A stretch of DNA of 64,000 bases from Candidatus Poribacteria bacterium (GTDB taxonomy: Bacteria; Poribacteria; WGA-4E; PCPOR2b): the NCBI GenBank assembly GCA_965208675.1, contig OZ242351.1:1984001-2048000 (forward strand), given 5' to 3'. The notes below the pieces were generated by a model. The model was not told the DNA's origin. It did no database searches and worked only from the letters and a program-made list of their open reading frames with translations. How positions within the stretch are numbered: position 1 is the stretch's first letter; every line of letters starts with the position of its first letter. A program made the position numbers and the translations under genes. Below are positions 29,689-39,681 of the stretch, piece after piece.

Positions 29689-31119
29689 ATGAACAGCCAG
29701 AGACCTAGACCCGCAACGTTTCGATTCAAGAATATTGGCCCGGTAGAGGACGCGGCGGTGGAACTCGGCGATCTCACAATCATCGCTGGGCGCAATAACA
29801 CTGGAAAGACATACTTAGTTTACACGCTTTACGGATTCTTGAAAATGTGGACGAACTGGCTTCACCGTGAAGATCTCCTAGCAGACGGACGGAAATTTGA
29901 TGCCAAATTTCCCGACATGCGGCATATCAGCGATCAAGTAAGTCGAGAAGGGCGTGCAAGTTTTCCCTTGGAAGAAAAGCAGTTCTTGCGACAGCAAGAG
30001 ATGCTGGTTCAAAGTCTTGCCCGTAGCTTCTCTAAGCGTGCTATGCGCGTTGTATTCAATTCTCAAAAAAGCGATTTTGAAGGATTCTCTATTGATGTCA
30101 ATTTCAATGAAGAGTCTACGAGCACAATGCACTCTGTCAAGGTGGATTTCCGGGAAAGGGCATCGCTTTCCATTAAATACGACGGAAGCCATGTTCTAAT
30201 AAATACTGACGAGGTAAAAAAACAAGACCGCATTTCAGATTTCCAATCCTACATCAGCCATGCCTATGGTCTTCTCCTGCTTCAAGATCAACTTCCTGAA
30301 CCGTTCATTCTGTCTGCAGAGCGCTTTGGCATTTCACTCTTCTACCGCGAACTCGACTTTACCAAGAATCAGTTGGTAGATTTGTTACAGAAGTGGGACG
30401 AGGGCAAGAGTAGAAATAGATTGTCGCCCTTTTTTCTCATAGAGAAGTCCACCAGTCGTTACGCGCTCCCGATTAAGGATAACATTGATTACACCAGAGA
30501 CATTCCGAATCTTCAAAGGAGAAAAAGCGAAATTCTTGAAAGTAAGCTGTTTGACGACATTAAAGACATGATGGACGGCTACTACAGTAGTTCGGGCGAT
30601 GACATTCGTTTCATTTCCAAGGCGCGCGGGAAAGGACGCAGTTTTAACATACCGCTGCATCTGGCTTCTTCTTCGGCGCGCGGACTGTCCGATCTCTATT
30701 TCTTCTTACGACATGCGGCGAAGACTAACCATCTCCTAATCGTTGACGAACCAGAGAGTCACCTTGGTACGTCCAACCAGATACTCTTGGCGCGATTACT
30801 GGCGCGGTGCGTGCGGGCTGGATTAAAGGTTTTGATAACCACGCACAGCGATTACCTCATCAAAGAGATTAACAACCTCGTAATGCTAAGTAGACCATTC
30901 GAGAACAAAGAGGCTGTCGTGAAGAAACTCAAATACAGCCCTGAAGACTTCCTCAACCCGGATTCTATCCGTGCTTACGTAGCGCAAGACAACAGCCTAA
31001 TCCGATGCGAGGTGGACAAATTCGGCATTGACATGCCGGTCTTCGACGAAACCATCGACAGGATTAACAGGGTCGCAAACGATTTAGCATCGCGAATGTC
31101 AGATGAGTCGGAGGCGTAA
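29689..31119 (+). CDS. ABC-type AAA_15/AAA_21 ATPase, probable defence component
   Basis: FKNIGPV, GRNNTGKT, signature-like ASSSARGL, IVDEPESHL, ITTHSDY. Confidence 0.85.
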   Translation: MNSQRPRPATFRFKNIGPVEDAAVELGDLTIIAGRNNTGKTYLVYTLYGFLKMWTNWLHREDLLADGRKFDAKFPDMRHISDQVSREGRASFPLEEKQFLRQQEMLVQSLARSFSKRAMRVVFNSQKSDFEGFSIDVNFNEESTSTMHSVKVDFRERASLSIKYDGSHVLINTDEVKKQDRISDFQSYISHAYGLLLLQDQLPEPFILSAERFGISLFYRELDFTKNQLVDLLQKWDEGKSRNRLSPFFLIEKSTSRYALPIKDNIDYTRDIPNLQRRKSEILESKLFDDIKDMMDGYYSSSGDDIRFISKARGKGRSFNIPLHLASSSARGLSDLYFFLRHAAKTNHLLIVDEPESHLGTSNQILLARLLARCVRAGLKVLITTHSDYLIKEINNLVMLSRPFENKEAVVKKLKYSPEDFLNPDSIRAYVAQDNSLIRCEVDKFGIDMPVFDETIDRINRVANDLASRMSDESEA

Positions 31120-31663
31120 AGTCGTGTTGGCAACACATCTGAAAAATATGCTGGCGGATAAGGCTCTGGTGTCACCGAGAAAGGATGGAAGCACGGTTTT
31201 ACGAGAAAAGAACGTGATGGAACTCGAAGTCGCCGATATTCCTTCCGACATCACCATAATAAATATGCGGCGCATTGGCAGTTTATCGGGGGTGAAAGAG
31301 GGCGAATGGAAGCAAGTTTGTGATTATCTCTTTCTTTTTGAGGAGGAAGGCGAGGATTACGCGGTATTCGTTGAATTGAAGAAGACTTTAAATGAAGAAA
31401 ACGAGAAGGGTATGGAACAGCTACGGCGATCGTTCCCGTTCTTGGAATACCTCCGTTCGGTATGTGAAATACATCATAGCGCCGAGTCTGCCAAACTGAG
31501 AATAATTGTGCGCTATTCACTTGTCGGCAATCAGATTAGTCAAAGGCTCGATAAACAACACGTCAAGGCAGGTTTTCGGGTGCCGTCGAAGAATCACAAA
31601 GGCATATCGGTAGACATGTTGTTTGGAGAAAGAATTCGTTTTCGCAGTCTGATAGGCGCTTGA
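31103..31663 (+). CDS. Putative PD-(D/E)xK nuclease-like protein
   Basis: CDYL...VFVELKK...GMEQL pattern; overlaps ATPase stop by 17 bp. Confidence 0.6.
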   Translation: MSRRRKVVLATHLKNMLADKALVSPRKDGSTVLREKNVMELEVADIPSDITIINMRRIGSLSGVKEGEWKQVCDYLFLFEEEGEDYAVFVELKKTLNEENEKGMEQLRRSFPFLEYLRSVCEIHHSAESAKLRIIVRYSLVGNQISQRLDKQHVKAGFRVPSKNHKGISVDMLFGERIRFRSLIGA

Positions 31664-31757
31664 CTTCTAAAGACCGCCGCTCATGCGATCAACTGCGTGG
31701 TTAACCAATGCGGTAGAGATTCTCAGGTGTATAGAATCGTGATGCACCACATACCTA

Positions 31758-31890
31758 AGCGCCAGCGGCGCGACAGGTGTATAGCAACATCAAACCTCTC
31801 TAAACCAAAGCCCCAGCGGGGCGACACATATTTTGCCGTGGGAGAGGCTTCCCAACCTCGATAATCGGGAGAAAAATCTCCCTCCCACAA
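31758..31890. repeat. REP family A pair plus hairpin shared with the MITE interior
   Basis: AGCGCCAGCGGCGCGACAGGT, AGCCCCAGCGGGGCGACA and GTGGGAGAGGCTTCC..ATCGGGA..TCCCTCCCACA. Confidence 0.75.
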
Positions 31891-32000
31891 CATTGACCCA
31901 CGCGATTTTTCGGACTTACGGACTACACCTTAATCCCTTCTAAATTCCCACGCCGCGCACCTACCCGAAACAACCTATATAACATGTGATATATTTCAAC

Positions 32001-32030
32001 TTGACATGCACACGATGCGTATGGTACAAT
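32001..32030 (+). promoter_or_regulatory. Promoter of helicase gene
   Basis: TTGACA-18 bp-TACAAT with extended TGn. Confidence 0.7.
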
Positions 32031-32058
32031 AGGCGTCAACTATTTACTTACAAGAATC

Positions 32059-35000
32059 GTGAACTACATGTCAACCATTTTACCAGCAGACTATCCCCAA
32101 AAAATTAGAGACCTCCGCGAGACAAAAGGTTTAACGCAGACGCAATTTGCGGAGCTCGTCGGCGTCTCCTTCGCCACCGTTAACCGGTGGGAAAATGCGC
32201 AATCTCGCCCAAACAACTTGGCTTGGAAACGCATCGTTGAGTTGGCGGCGTCGAGTGACGGGGGCCAAGCGGCACAACCGCTTCCCGACGACGCGCCAAG
32301 CATGGACTTCGCCGCCGATCCTAACGCCGTTTCAGCGGTTGCAGAGGCGCACCGCCTGGCTTACGGCCACCTATTTAACCCGGCGTTCGCCACGGAAACC
32401 TCGCTAATCGACCCGCTCCCGCACCAGCGCATCGCGGTTTACGAAAAAATGCTGGGGCAGAACCCGCTGCGTTTCTTGCTGGCGGACGACGCGGGCGCCG
32501 GCAAGACCATCATGACCGGCTTGTACATCCGCGAGATGCTGTCCCGCCGTCTCATCCGCCGCGTGCTTATCATTCCGCCCGCCGGTCTCGTGGGAAACTG
32601 GGTACAGGAGATGCGCAAGCTGTTTCGGTTGTCGTTCCGAATCATCAGGGGCGATGACGCGCGAGACGGCAACCCTTTCAGCGGCGCCGAGAGCGATCAG
32701 GTCATCGTCAGCGTGGACACCTTGGTCACAGCGCGGGTTTTTGACCGCCTTAGAGACCCTCGAACGGATCCCTACGACCTTGCCGTCTTCGACGAGGCGC
32801 ACAAGCTGTCCGCGAATCGACGGCCGGATTTACGAGTGCGCAAGACGAATCGGTACAGGCTGGCGGAAGCTATCGCCGGGGTTGAGGTAGACAGCGACGA
32901 CTGGAAATTACCGCAACCCGCCCAGCACCTGCTGCTGCTAACTGCGACACCGCACATGGGCAAGGACTTTCCCTACTATTTCCTGTGGCGCCTGCTGCTG
33001 CCGGAGGTGCTCTCCACCTATGACGCTTTCGATAGATTTCCCCGCGAACTTCGAGATCGGCATTTCATCCGCCGCACCAAGGAGGAGATGCTGCACTACA
33101 ACGAGAAACCGTTGTATCCGCAGCGTAACTGCGACACGTTGAGCTACAATCTCTCGGACGGTCCTGAAGGCGAGCAGGAGCTCTACGACGAGACGACAGA
33201 ATACATCCGCGACTACTACAACCGCGCGAAAGAATTGAACCGATCAGCCGCACAATTGGCGATGAGCGTCTTCCAACGGCGTCTCGCCAGTTCCACCTAT
33301 GCACTCATGCGATCATTCGAGCGCCGGAGAGAGAAGTTGGAAGGGATGATTGACGACATCATGAGCGGACGGGTCAATGAAAAACAGTTCGCCAGCCAGC
33401 AACAGCGTCTCGATGTCCCTAACGACGTATTCGACGCATCGACCGCAGATGAGACCGAGGACGACCAGAACGAAGCGCATGAAAATCAAGCGCTCGGCGG
33501 CACGACGGCTTTCAGCCTTACGGAGTTAATGGTGGAGAAAGGTAAGGTCGAAGAGTTGTTGGATAAGTCTCGAAAATTGTTGGACGCGGGCGAGGAATCC
33601 AAATTTGAGAAACTGCGAGAAGTTCTGCGTCATCCGAAATACAACGACGAGAAATTCATCATCTTCACCGAACACCGCGATACCGCGGAGTTTCTGGTGC
33701 GCCGGTTGGAAGGTCTGGGGTTCACAGATCAGGTTGTGCTTATCCATGGTGGGCTAGACTACCGCGAACGCGAGGAGCAGGTCGAGTTTTTCCGCCGTTC
33801 TGCGGAGAAAGGCGGGGCAAACTACCTTGTAGCGACCGACGCGGCTGGGGAGGGAATCAACCTCCAATTCTGTTGGTTAATGGTCAACTACGATATCCCG
33901 TGGAATCCGGCGCGGCTTGAGCAGCGCATGGGGCGTATCCATCGTTACGGCCAAAAGCACGACCCCGTGGTGATTGTTAATCTCGTTGCGGGCGGCACAC
34001 GCGAAGGGCGTGTATTGAAAACGCTGCTTGATAAACTTGAGATTATCCGAGAGCAGCTTCAATCCGATAAAGTGTTCGATGTGGTTGGGCGTCTGTTTGA
34101 GAGCGTGTCCATGACCGATTATCTGCGGCAAACGCTTACCGACGATGTTGAGGAAGTCGCCGCGTGGTTGGAGGGCAACTTAACGGAAGACCAAGTTCGG
34201 GCACTAGAGCGAAAAGAGCAGGTGCTGTACGGCGGGGGCGGCGACGTGCGCCGTAGACTGCCGCAACTCAACGAGGAGACGGAGCAGGAAATCTATCGTC
34301 ACCTGCTGCCGGGTTATGTCCGCCGTTTCGTGGAGCGTGCGGCGCCGCTTCTTGATTTACGCATTGAAGGCGACGCTGACACCGCCTTCAGCTTGATACC
34401 GAACCGACCGCGTGCGTCTGATTCCTTGCTCACGTCGCTTGAGCGGTATTCCGAGGGTGCACGCCAGCTACTAACGGTGTACAAACCGGTGAGCCGGGAA
34501 GATGCCGTCTGGATGCACCCCGGCGAGCCCGTGTTCGATTGCCTTTCAGACGCCATCCTAGAGCGGTTTGGACGCGCCGGACGACAGGGCGCCGTGTACA
34601 CCGATCCCTATGCCGCCGAGGCGTATCTGTTCCACATTGCGCTGGTTTCTGTTGAACAGCGCGGCAGAGAAGACGAGATGACCGACCTGTTTGATGACCG
34701 TTCTGAGCGTGAAAACGAGCGTAAGCCGCTAGAATCACGATTGGTCGGGCTACGCCAATCCAGCGACGGTAGCGTCACTGAACTTCCAGTCGAACACCTA
34801 CTGCTGCTCAGGGGTGCGGGGGGCTTCGCGCCGAGTCGTGTGCCGCTCGCAACCTTGGCACGCGGTATGGTGCCCGATGCTTTGGAGTTTGCGCGGGAAG
34901 AGATAAGTGAGCGACTGGCGCAGCACCATCGACAGCGACGATTCGACGACCTTCCCTCACGTATGGAGTCCGTCAACCGCGGCTTCGATTTTCAGGCGGC

Positions 35001-35667
35001 CGAACTTGCGGCTGCCCGATCCCGCCTCAACCAACTGGCACGCGAAGGAGATCGGGACGCGGAGAAGGAACTTGGGGTGGTCAGGGAACGACAGCGCGGC
35101 TTAACCGCCGCCCGAAATCGGCGTATGGCTGAACTGCGAGCCGAACCGGAGTTGATTCAGTCCGGGGATGCCGTGATTTTGGTGCACGCCCTCGTCGTGC
35201 CCGTTCAGGACACTGAGGCGGTTGAGCGTTACGACGCCGGCGTTGAAGCTGTCGCCGTGGAGGTTGCAACCGCTTACGAGGAGCACCAAGGGGCAGTAGT
35301 AACGGATGTCTCGAAGCCCGAACTCGCGCGGCGTGCCGGACTGATGGATTGGCCCGGCTTCGATCTCAAGTCCCGCCGCCCAGCAGGCGCCGACGGTTCT
35401 GTTGAGGAACGTGCCATTGAGGTTAAGGGGCGCGCTGGTTCCGGGGATGTGCAGATGTCCGAAAACGAATGGGCGCGGGCTTGCAACTTGCGTGAAGATT
35501 ATTGGCTTTACGTGGTCTTCGACTGCGCGACGCCGCGGCCGCGGCTCGTGCGTGTTCAGGACCCGTTCGCTAAATTGCTCGTCCGCAGCCGCGAATCTCT
35601 GGCGTTCACAATAACCGAGGGGGCGTTGAACGAGGCGTCGGCGCCTGTTGAGGAAACAATGAGATGA
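32059..35667 (+). CDS. XRE-HTH + SNF2-family helicase + DUF3883 nuclease domain (DUF499 restriction-like system)
   Basis: LTQTQFAELVGVSFATVNRWEN (XRE), LLADDAGAGKT, DEAH, LTATPH, TDAAGEGINLQ, WNPARLEQRMGRIHRYGQ, C-terminal GFDLKS..IEVKGRA..MSENEW..YWLYVV. Confidence 0.92.
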   Translation: MNYMSTILPADYPQKIRDLRETKGLTQTQFAELVGVSFATVNRWENAQSRPNNLAWKRIVELAASSDGGQAAQPLPDDAPSMDFAADPNAVSAVAEAHRLAYGHLFNPAFATETSLIDPLPHQRIAVYEKMLGQNPLRFLLADDAGAGKTIMTGLYIREMLSRRLIRRVLIIPPAGLVGNWVQEMRKLFRLSFRIIRGDDARDGNPFSGAESDQVIVSVDTLVTARVFDRLRDPRTDPYDLAVFDEAHKLSANRRPDLRVRKTNRYRLAEAIAGVEVDSDDWKLPQPAQHLLLLTATPHMGKDFPYYFLWRLLLPEVLSTYDAFDRFPRELRDRHFIRRTKEEMLHYNEKPLYPQRNCDTLSYNLSDGPEGEQELYDETTEYIRDYYNRAKELNRSAAQLAMSVFQRRLASSTYALMRSFERRREKLEGMIDDIMSGRVNEKQFASQQQRLDVPNDVFDASTADETEDDQNEAHENQALGGTTAFSLTELMVEKGKVEELLDKSRKLLDAGEESKFEKLREVLRHPKYNDEKFIIFTEHRDTAEFLVRRLEGLGFTDQVVLIHGGLDYREREEQVEFFRRSAEKGGANYLVATDAAGEGINLQFCWLMVNYDIPWNPARLEQRMGRIHRYGQKHDPVVIVNLVAGGTREGRVLKTLLDKLEIIREQLQSDKVFDVVGRLFESVSMTDYLRQTLTDDVEEVAAWLEGNLTEDQVRALERKEQVLYGGGGDVRRRLPQLNEETEQEIYRHLLPGYVRRFVERAAPLLDLRIEGDADTAFSLIPNRPRASDSLLTSLERYSEGARQLLTVYKPVSREDAVWMHPGEPVFDCLSDAILERFGRAGRQGAVYTDPYAAEAYLFHIALVSVEQRGREDEMTDLFDDRSERENERKPLESRLVGLRQSSDGSVTELPVEHLLLLRGAGGFAPSRVPLATLARGMVPDALEFAREEISERLAQHHRQRRFDDLPSRMESVNRGFDFQAAELAAARSRLNQLAREGDRDAEKELGVVRERQRGLTAARNRRMAELRAEPELIQSGDAVILVHALVVPVQDTEAVERYDAGVEAVAVEVATAYEEHQGAVVTDVSKPELARRAGLMDWPGFDLKSRRPAGADGSVEERAIEVKGRAGSGDVQMSENEWARACNLREDYWLYVVFDCATPRPRLVRVQDPFAKLLVRSRESLAFTITEGALNEASAPVEETMR

Positions 35668-35715
35668 CGGGTTCTGAAGGCTTCAAAACTTCAAACCGAA
35701 CCAGATCGGTTTCGA

Positions 35716-35745
35716 TTGACTAACCATGGAGTCGTGGGGTATAGT
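35716..35745 (+). promoter_or_regulatory. Possible promoter of the inserted DUF262 operon
   Basis: TTGACT-18 bp-TATAGT. Confidence 0.5.
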
Positions 35746-35957
35746 GAACACATGAAGAAAACTAAATTCTAGGTTTGAATTGGCGATGGTCAAACCACTG
35801 GCATTCAACATAGTTGAAATTTTTGAAATAACCGAAACGACACGCTCTAATCTTGTGAAACTAACAGTTGAAAAATTCGGAGATTATTCCATTCGCGCGA
35901 GACCAAAGACTATCTTTCAAATGACTACGCAGGTGCGTGGGAAGGGACAACGGGACA

Positions 35958-37433
35958 ATGTTTGAGTATTATGATGGGTACCTTGGACGTCGAAATTCCA
36001 TCCCCGTCAATCCAGATGACCTTATACGGTTACGGCTTCAGGGGCTGCGGTGGTTGCAAGTTGCCAAACAGGTACCACGCATTGACGGTAGAGTCGGCAT
36101 CAGCCATAACGTATTATCTCAGGCAAACCGAGTTCGCGAATCGGACGAATGGCGGGCTGCACTTGAAGACTACTGGCGGCGCCATCACAATGAAGCGTCG
36201 CTTCCGCAAGAGATGAAAAAAGTCCTGAGCTATCCGTCAATAATGAATTCAGAAACGCCCCTATCAGAAGTTTCTAACTCGGGGGCCGAACCACAGATCG
36301 AAAATACTGCCAATAAATCTAAAACCGCCGCAGCCTCTAAGCAAGACCCAGCCACCGGTTTGGAGGTCGAAATTGAAGACCCGCAAATTGAACGTCCGTT
36401 TAATCCTGAGAAAATAAGGGTGCGGACGACCAACATCACGGTCGAATTGCTAGTTTCACGAATCAAGTATAACGAGGTTGATTTAGAACCCGATTTCCAG
36501 CGATCATTTGTGTGGAAAGCCGAACGTCAATCCCGGCTGATTGAATCGCTGCTTCTACGAATTCCTATCCCAGTGTTTTATGTGGCGGCGGATGAGAACG
36601 AAAATTGGCTGGTTGTCGACGGCGTCCAACGCATGTTTACCATTTACAACTATGTTACAGACCAGTTTCCCTTGAACCATCTGGAATATCTCGAAAAATA
36701 CAATAAAAAGAAGTACTGCGACCTTCCGAGGCAAATGCAGCGGCGAATTGGCGAAAGCGAACTAGTAGTTAATGTCATCGATCATGGGACACCTGAGGAC
36801 GTAATGTTCAATATTTTCCACCGAATCAACACTGGCGGTATGACGCTGAACGGTCAGGAAATACGCAATGCTTTACACCCAGGTCCCGTGCGAGACTATC
36901 TGAAACAACTGGCCGACACTGAGGCATTCCGCAAAGCAACGGACTACTCAATTAGGCAAGACCGAATGGCTGACAGGGAATGTGTTTTGCGCTTCATCGC
37001 CTTTTATGCAAATGCTTGGGAAAAATATAACGACAACGACCTTAACGGCTACCTTAGTCGAGTTATGAACAAAATAAATGATACGGCGCCAGAGGATCTT
37101 GGGTTGCTTGCCAAAGACTTCGAGAAGGCAATGGAAGCGGCTTACCGCATATTTGGCAGCGAGGCTTTTCGTAAGCGATACAACTTGGACGATTCTCATC
37201 GCCGACCTGTCAGTAAAGCGCTGTTTGACGCGTGGAGCGTCGAACTTGCGCGCCGCAGTTCCGACGAAATAAACAGACTCGTGGAAAAACGAGAAGATGT
37301 CATAAATCGCTTCATTGCGTTGATGAATGACGATAGTGAATTCGACAGGGCAATCTCTTATTCCACGGGCGATCCGCACCGAGTGAAGAAAAGATTTGAG
37401 GCAATTTCACTGTTGGTTACAGAGGTGCTGTGA
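35958..37433 (+). CDS. DUF262 (ParB-like) protein, Menshen NsnA-like
   Basis: PDFQRSFVW, SRLIESLLLRIPIP, VVDGVQR, IFHRINTGG..LNGQEIRNA. Confidence 0.9.
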   Translation: MFEYYDGYLGRRNSIPVNPDDLIRLRLQGLRWLQVAKQVPRIDGRVGISHNVLSQANRVRESDEWRAALEDYWRRHHNEASLPQEMKKVLSYPSIMNSETPLSEVSNSGAEPQIENTANKSKTAAASKQDPATGLEVEIEDPQIERPFNPEKIRVRTTNITVELLVSRIKYNEVDLEPDFQRSFVWKAERQSRLIESLLLRIPIPVFYVAADENENWLVVDGVQRMFTIYNYVTDQFPLNHLEYLEKYNKKKYCDLPRQMQRRIGESELVVNVIDHGTPEDVMFNIFHRINTGGMTLNGQEIRNALHPGPVRDYLKQLADTEAFRKATDYSIRQDRMADRECVLRFIAFYANAWEKYNDNDLNGYLSRVMNKINDTAPEDLGLLAKDFEKAMEAAYRIFGSEAFRKRYNLDDSHRRPVSKALFDAWSVELARRSSDEINRLVEKREDVINRFIALMNDDSEFDRAISYSTGDPHRVKKRFEAISLLVTEVL

Positions 37434-38560
37434 TGATAAGGAAAATCAGGTTATCGAATTTCAAGTGCTTCGAAAATCTGGATTTAAACTGCGCGCCGCT
37501 CACCCTGTTATGCGGTTTGAACGGCATGGGGAAAAGCAGTGTGATACAGGCGCTGCTCCTCCTACGGCAGTCGTTTGAGTCAGAAGATTTGCTTGACGGA
37601 AGGCTGGTGCTGGGCGGCGAACTTGCCGATCTCGGTACTGGCAGGGATGTACTTTTTGAAGGTGCAGAAAATGATGTGGTAGGTTTCGAAATCGAGTCTG
37701 ACGAAACCAATTCACCGTGGAAACTGTCGTTCGGGTATTCACAAACGAGCGATCAATTGACTGTCGAAGGGTGTGATTCGAACCCATCTTTTCCCCTAGT
37801 GCCACCAGATTGGCAGAATGTCCGTCCATTTGGACAAAATCTCCTGTATATTGATGCCGAGCGAGTCGGTCCGCAAAAGTCCTATCCGTTGTCCGAAACC
37901 ATGGCGCAGCGAGCCGAATTCGGTTTGGGAAGTGAATACGCATTGAACTACTTAAATATGAAAAAGGATGAATTGCTGGCGGAAGACGATTTGCGCTGCG
38001 TAGAATCCCATAGCCGTCGCATGATCGATGTCGTTGACGAATGGCTGCAAGAGATTTCCCCCGGCGCTCATCTTCAGCTAGAGACTGTTCGCGCTGCGGA
38101 TGCGCTTATCGCAGGTTTCTCATTCGACCGGCCGGGAGACGTTGCTTCGCGGCGTTTTCGTGCGACAAACGTCGGATTTGGCCTGTCGTACGCGTTGCCG
38201 GTAATTATCGCGTTGCTGTCTGATTCCGGTACGTTGTGTTTGATAGAAAATCCAGAAGCACACCTTCACCCGCGAGGGCAGACGAAGCTGGCGGAACTCG
38301 CGGTGCGCGCATCGTTGGCGGACGTGCAGGTAATTGTGGAAACGCACAGCGACCACTTCATGGACGGTGTGCGTATCGCTGTGCGGGACGGGTTAATCTC
38401 TCCCGATAAAACGGCAATCCATTACTTTGAACGCCCCGAAGGCGAGACCGTTGTGACTTCACCGCAAATTGATGAGGACGGACGGCTTTCAACATGGCCC
38501 GCCGGCTTTTTTGACCAACACGAAGAAAACTTGGAGAAACTTCTTGCGCCCAAATACTAA
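37430..38560 (+). CDS. ABC-type ATPase with DUF3696, Menshen NsnB-like
   Basis: NFKCF, GLNGMGKSS, NVGFGLSYALP, IENPEAHLHPRGQ, VETHSDH, GRLSTWPAGFFDQ; GTGA overlap with DUF262 gene. Confidence 0.9.
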   Translation: MMIRKIRLSNFKCFENLDLNCAPLTLLCGLNGMGKSSVIQALLLLRQSFESEDLLDGRLVLGGELADLGTGRDVLFEGAENDVVGFEIESDETNSPWKLSFGYSQTSDQLTVEGCDSNPSFPLVPPDWQNVRPFGQNLLYIDAERVGPQKSYPLSETMAQRAEFGLGSEYALNYLNMKKDELLAEDDLRCVESHSRRMIDVVDEWLQEISPGAHLQLETVRAADALIAGFSFDRPGDVASRRFRATNVGFGLSYALPVIIALLSDSGTLCLIENPEAHLHPRGQTKLAELAVRASLADVQVIVETHSDHFMDGVRIAVRDGLISPDKTAIHYFERPEGETVVTSPQIDEDGRLSTWPAGFFDQHEENLEKLLAPKY

Positions 38561-38561
38561 T

Positions 38562-39479
38562 ATGCGAGAAATGGTACTGAATCACGCGAGCCTTACGGCG
38601 CCCGATTACGATACTGCGCTTCGCTGGCTGAAGGACCTGGCTATCGGGATGATTCAGATTCGGAAAATTGCGCAATCAAGCCTACGAATGAGGCTTTCTG
38701 TGCACGAAATCGTGATCCTACCCAACCTCTCACTATTTGATGCATTTAAATCTTTAAAGAGAATCGGAGCACGGGAAGAGTCGGTGTTCCTCATGAGTCT
38801 AAGTTCAAAATACCCGCTTCTGCGCGACGTCGAGTCGAATGTAAGGGCTCGATTCTTTGCGTGTGAAGGCAGACAACTTCCACCGGAAGACTGCGAACCG
38901 CTCATCTTATGTGCTATTGCTAATTGGATTACCGTTGGTTTTCCGTCAGACTCTTTATGGGACAGTGACCAGCTCACAGTCAGGTTCAACGAGTTGCTAG
39001 CTGACGAGAGTATTGAAGAAGCAAGCGAAACGATAGATAACCTCGCCCGATCGACTCATGCCAACTCTATCTGTGAGCGCCGTCACACGTCATATTTTGA
39101 GCAGCAAACCCCTTCGGCAGCATGGGAACAGAGGAACGAAGCGTTCCCAAATCTAGTATTTGGTCCGGATGTTAAAGCACCGCGGCAATTTCTCGGAAGC
39201 GGCATTAGAAGGCTCACCGAGCTTGACAAATCGGCTGCCGAATGGCGGGTTGTTGGAGGGCCGGCTCCTCCTTGGGCATGCAAAGTCACTCCCGAAAGCC
39301 AGAGCGTTAGAAACAACCCGGCGTTATTAAACGCGCGCCGATTTAGGTCAAGACGCGGGACACGGGAATTGTATGAATGGCACGCCCGGATAGGTAGTGG
39401 ATTCCGAATTCACCTCCGTTTCGACGCCACGACACGAGAAGTCGAAATTGGATATATGGGGCCTCATTTGCCACTGTGA
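38562..39479 (+). CDS. Probable effector of DUF262-DUF3696 triad (Menshen NsnC-like; C-terminal RelE-like region)
   Basis: Starts 1 bp after ATPase stop; C-terminus TPES..RRF..YEWHAR..FRIHL..EIGYMGPHL resembles RelE-like RNase tails. Confidence 0.65.
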   Translation: MREMVLNHASLTAPDYDTALRWLKDLAIGMIQIRKIAQSSLRMRLSVHEIVILPNLSLFDAFKSLKRIGAREESVFLMSLSSKYPLLRDVESNVRARFFACEGRQLPPEDCEPLILCAIANWITVGFPSDSLWDSDQLTVRFNELLADESIEEASETIDNLARSTHANSICERRHTSYFEQQTPSAAWEQRNEAFPNLVFGPDVKAPRQFLGSGIRRLTELDKSAAEWRVVGGPAPPWACKVTPESQSVRNNPALLNARRFRSRRGTRELYEWHARIGSGFRIHLRFDATTREVEIGYMGPHLPL

Positions 39480-39681
39480 TTACGTTGAGTTCAAAGCGAT
39501 CAGGCAACAAATGAAGTAGTTGTCCGTTGAGTGGCTCAATTGTGTTTCTGCCTACCACCTCCACGGATTTGGGCAAAAAAATCACCGGAAGGGCGGTAGT
39601 AATCCATGGTAATTGGTAAATACGCGACTACAAATATACAGCGATTGCATAACCAAGCATGTTAAGATAATCTTACCGAAT

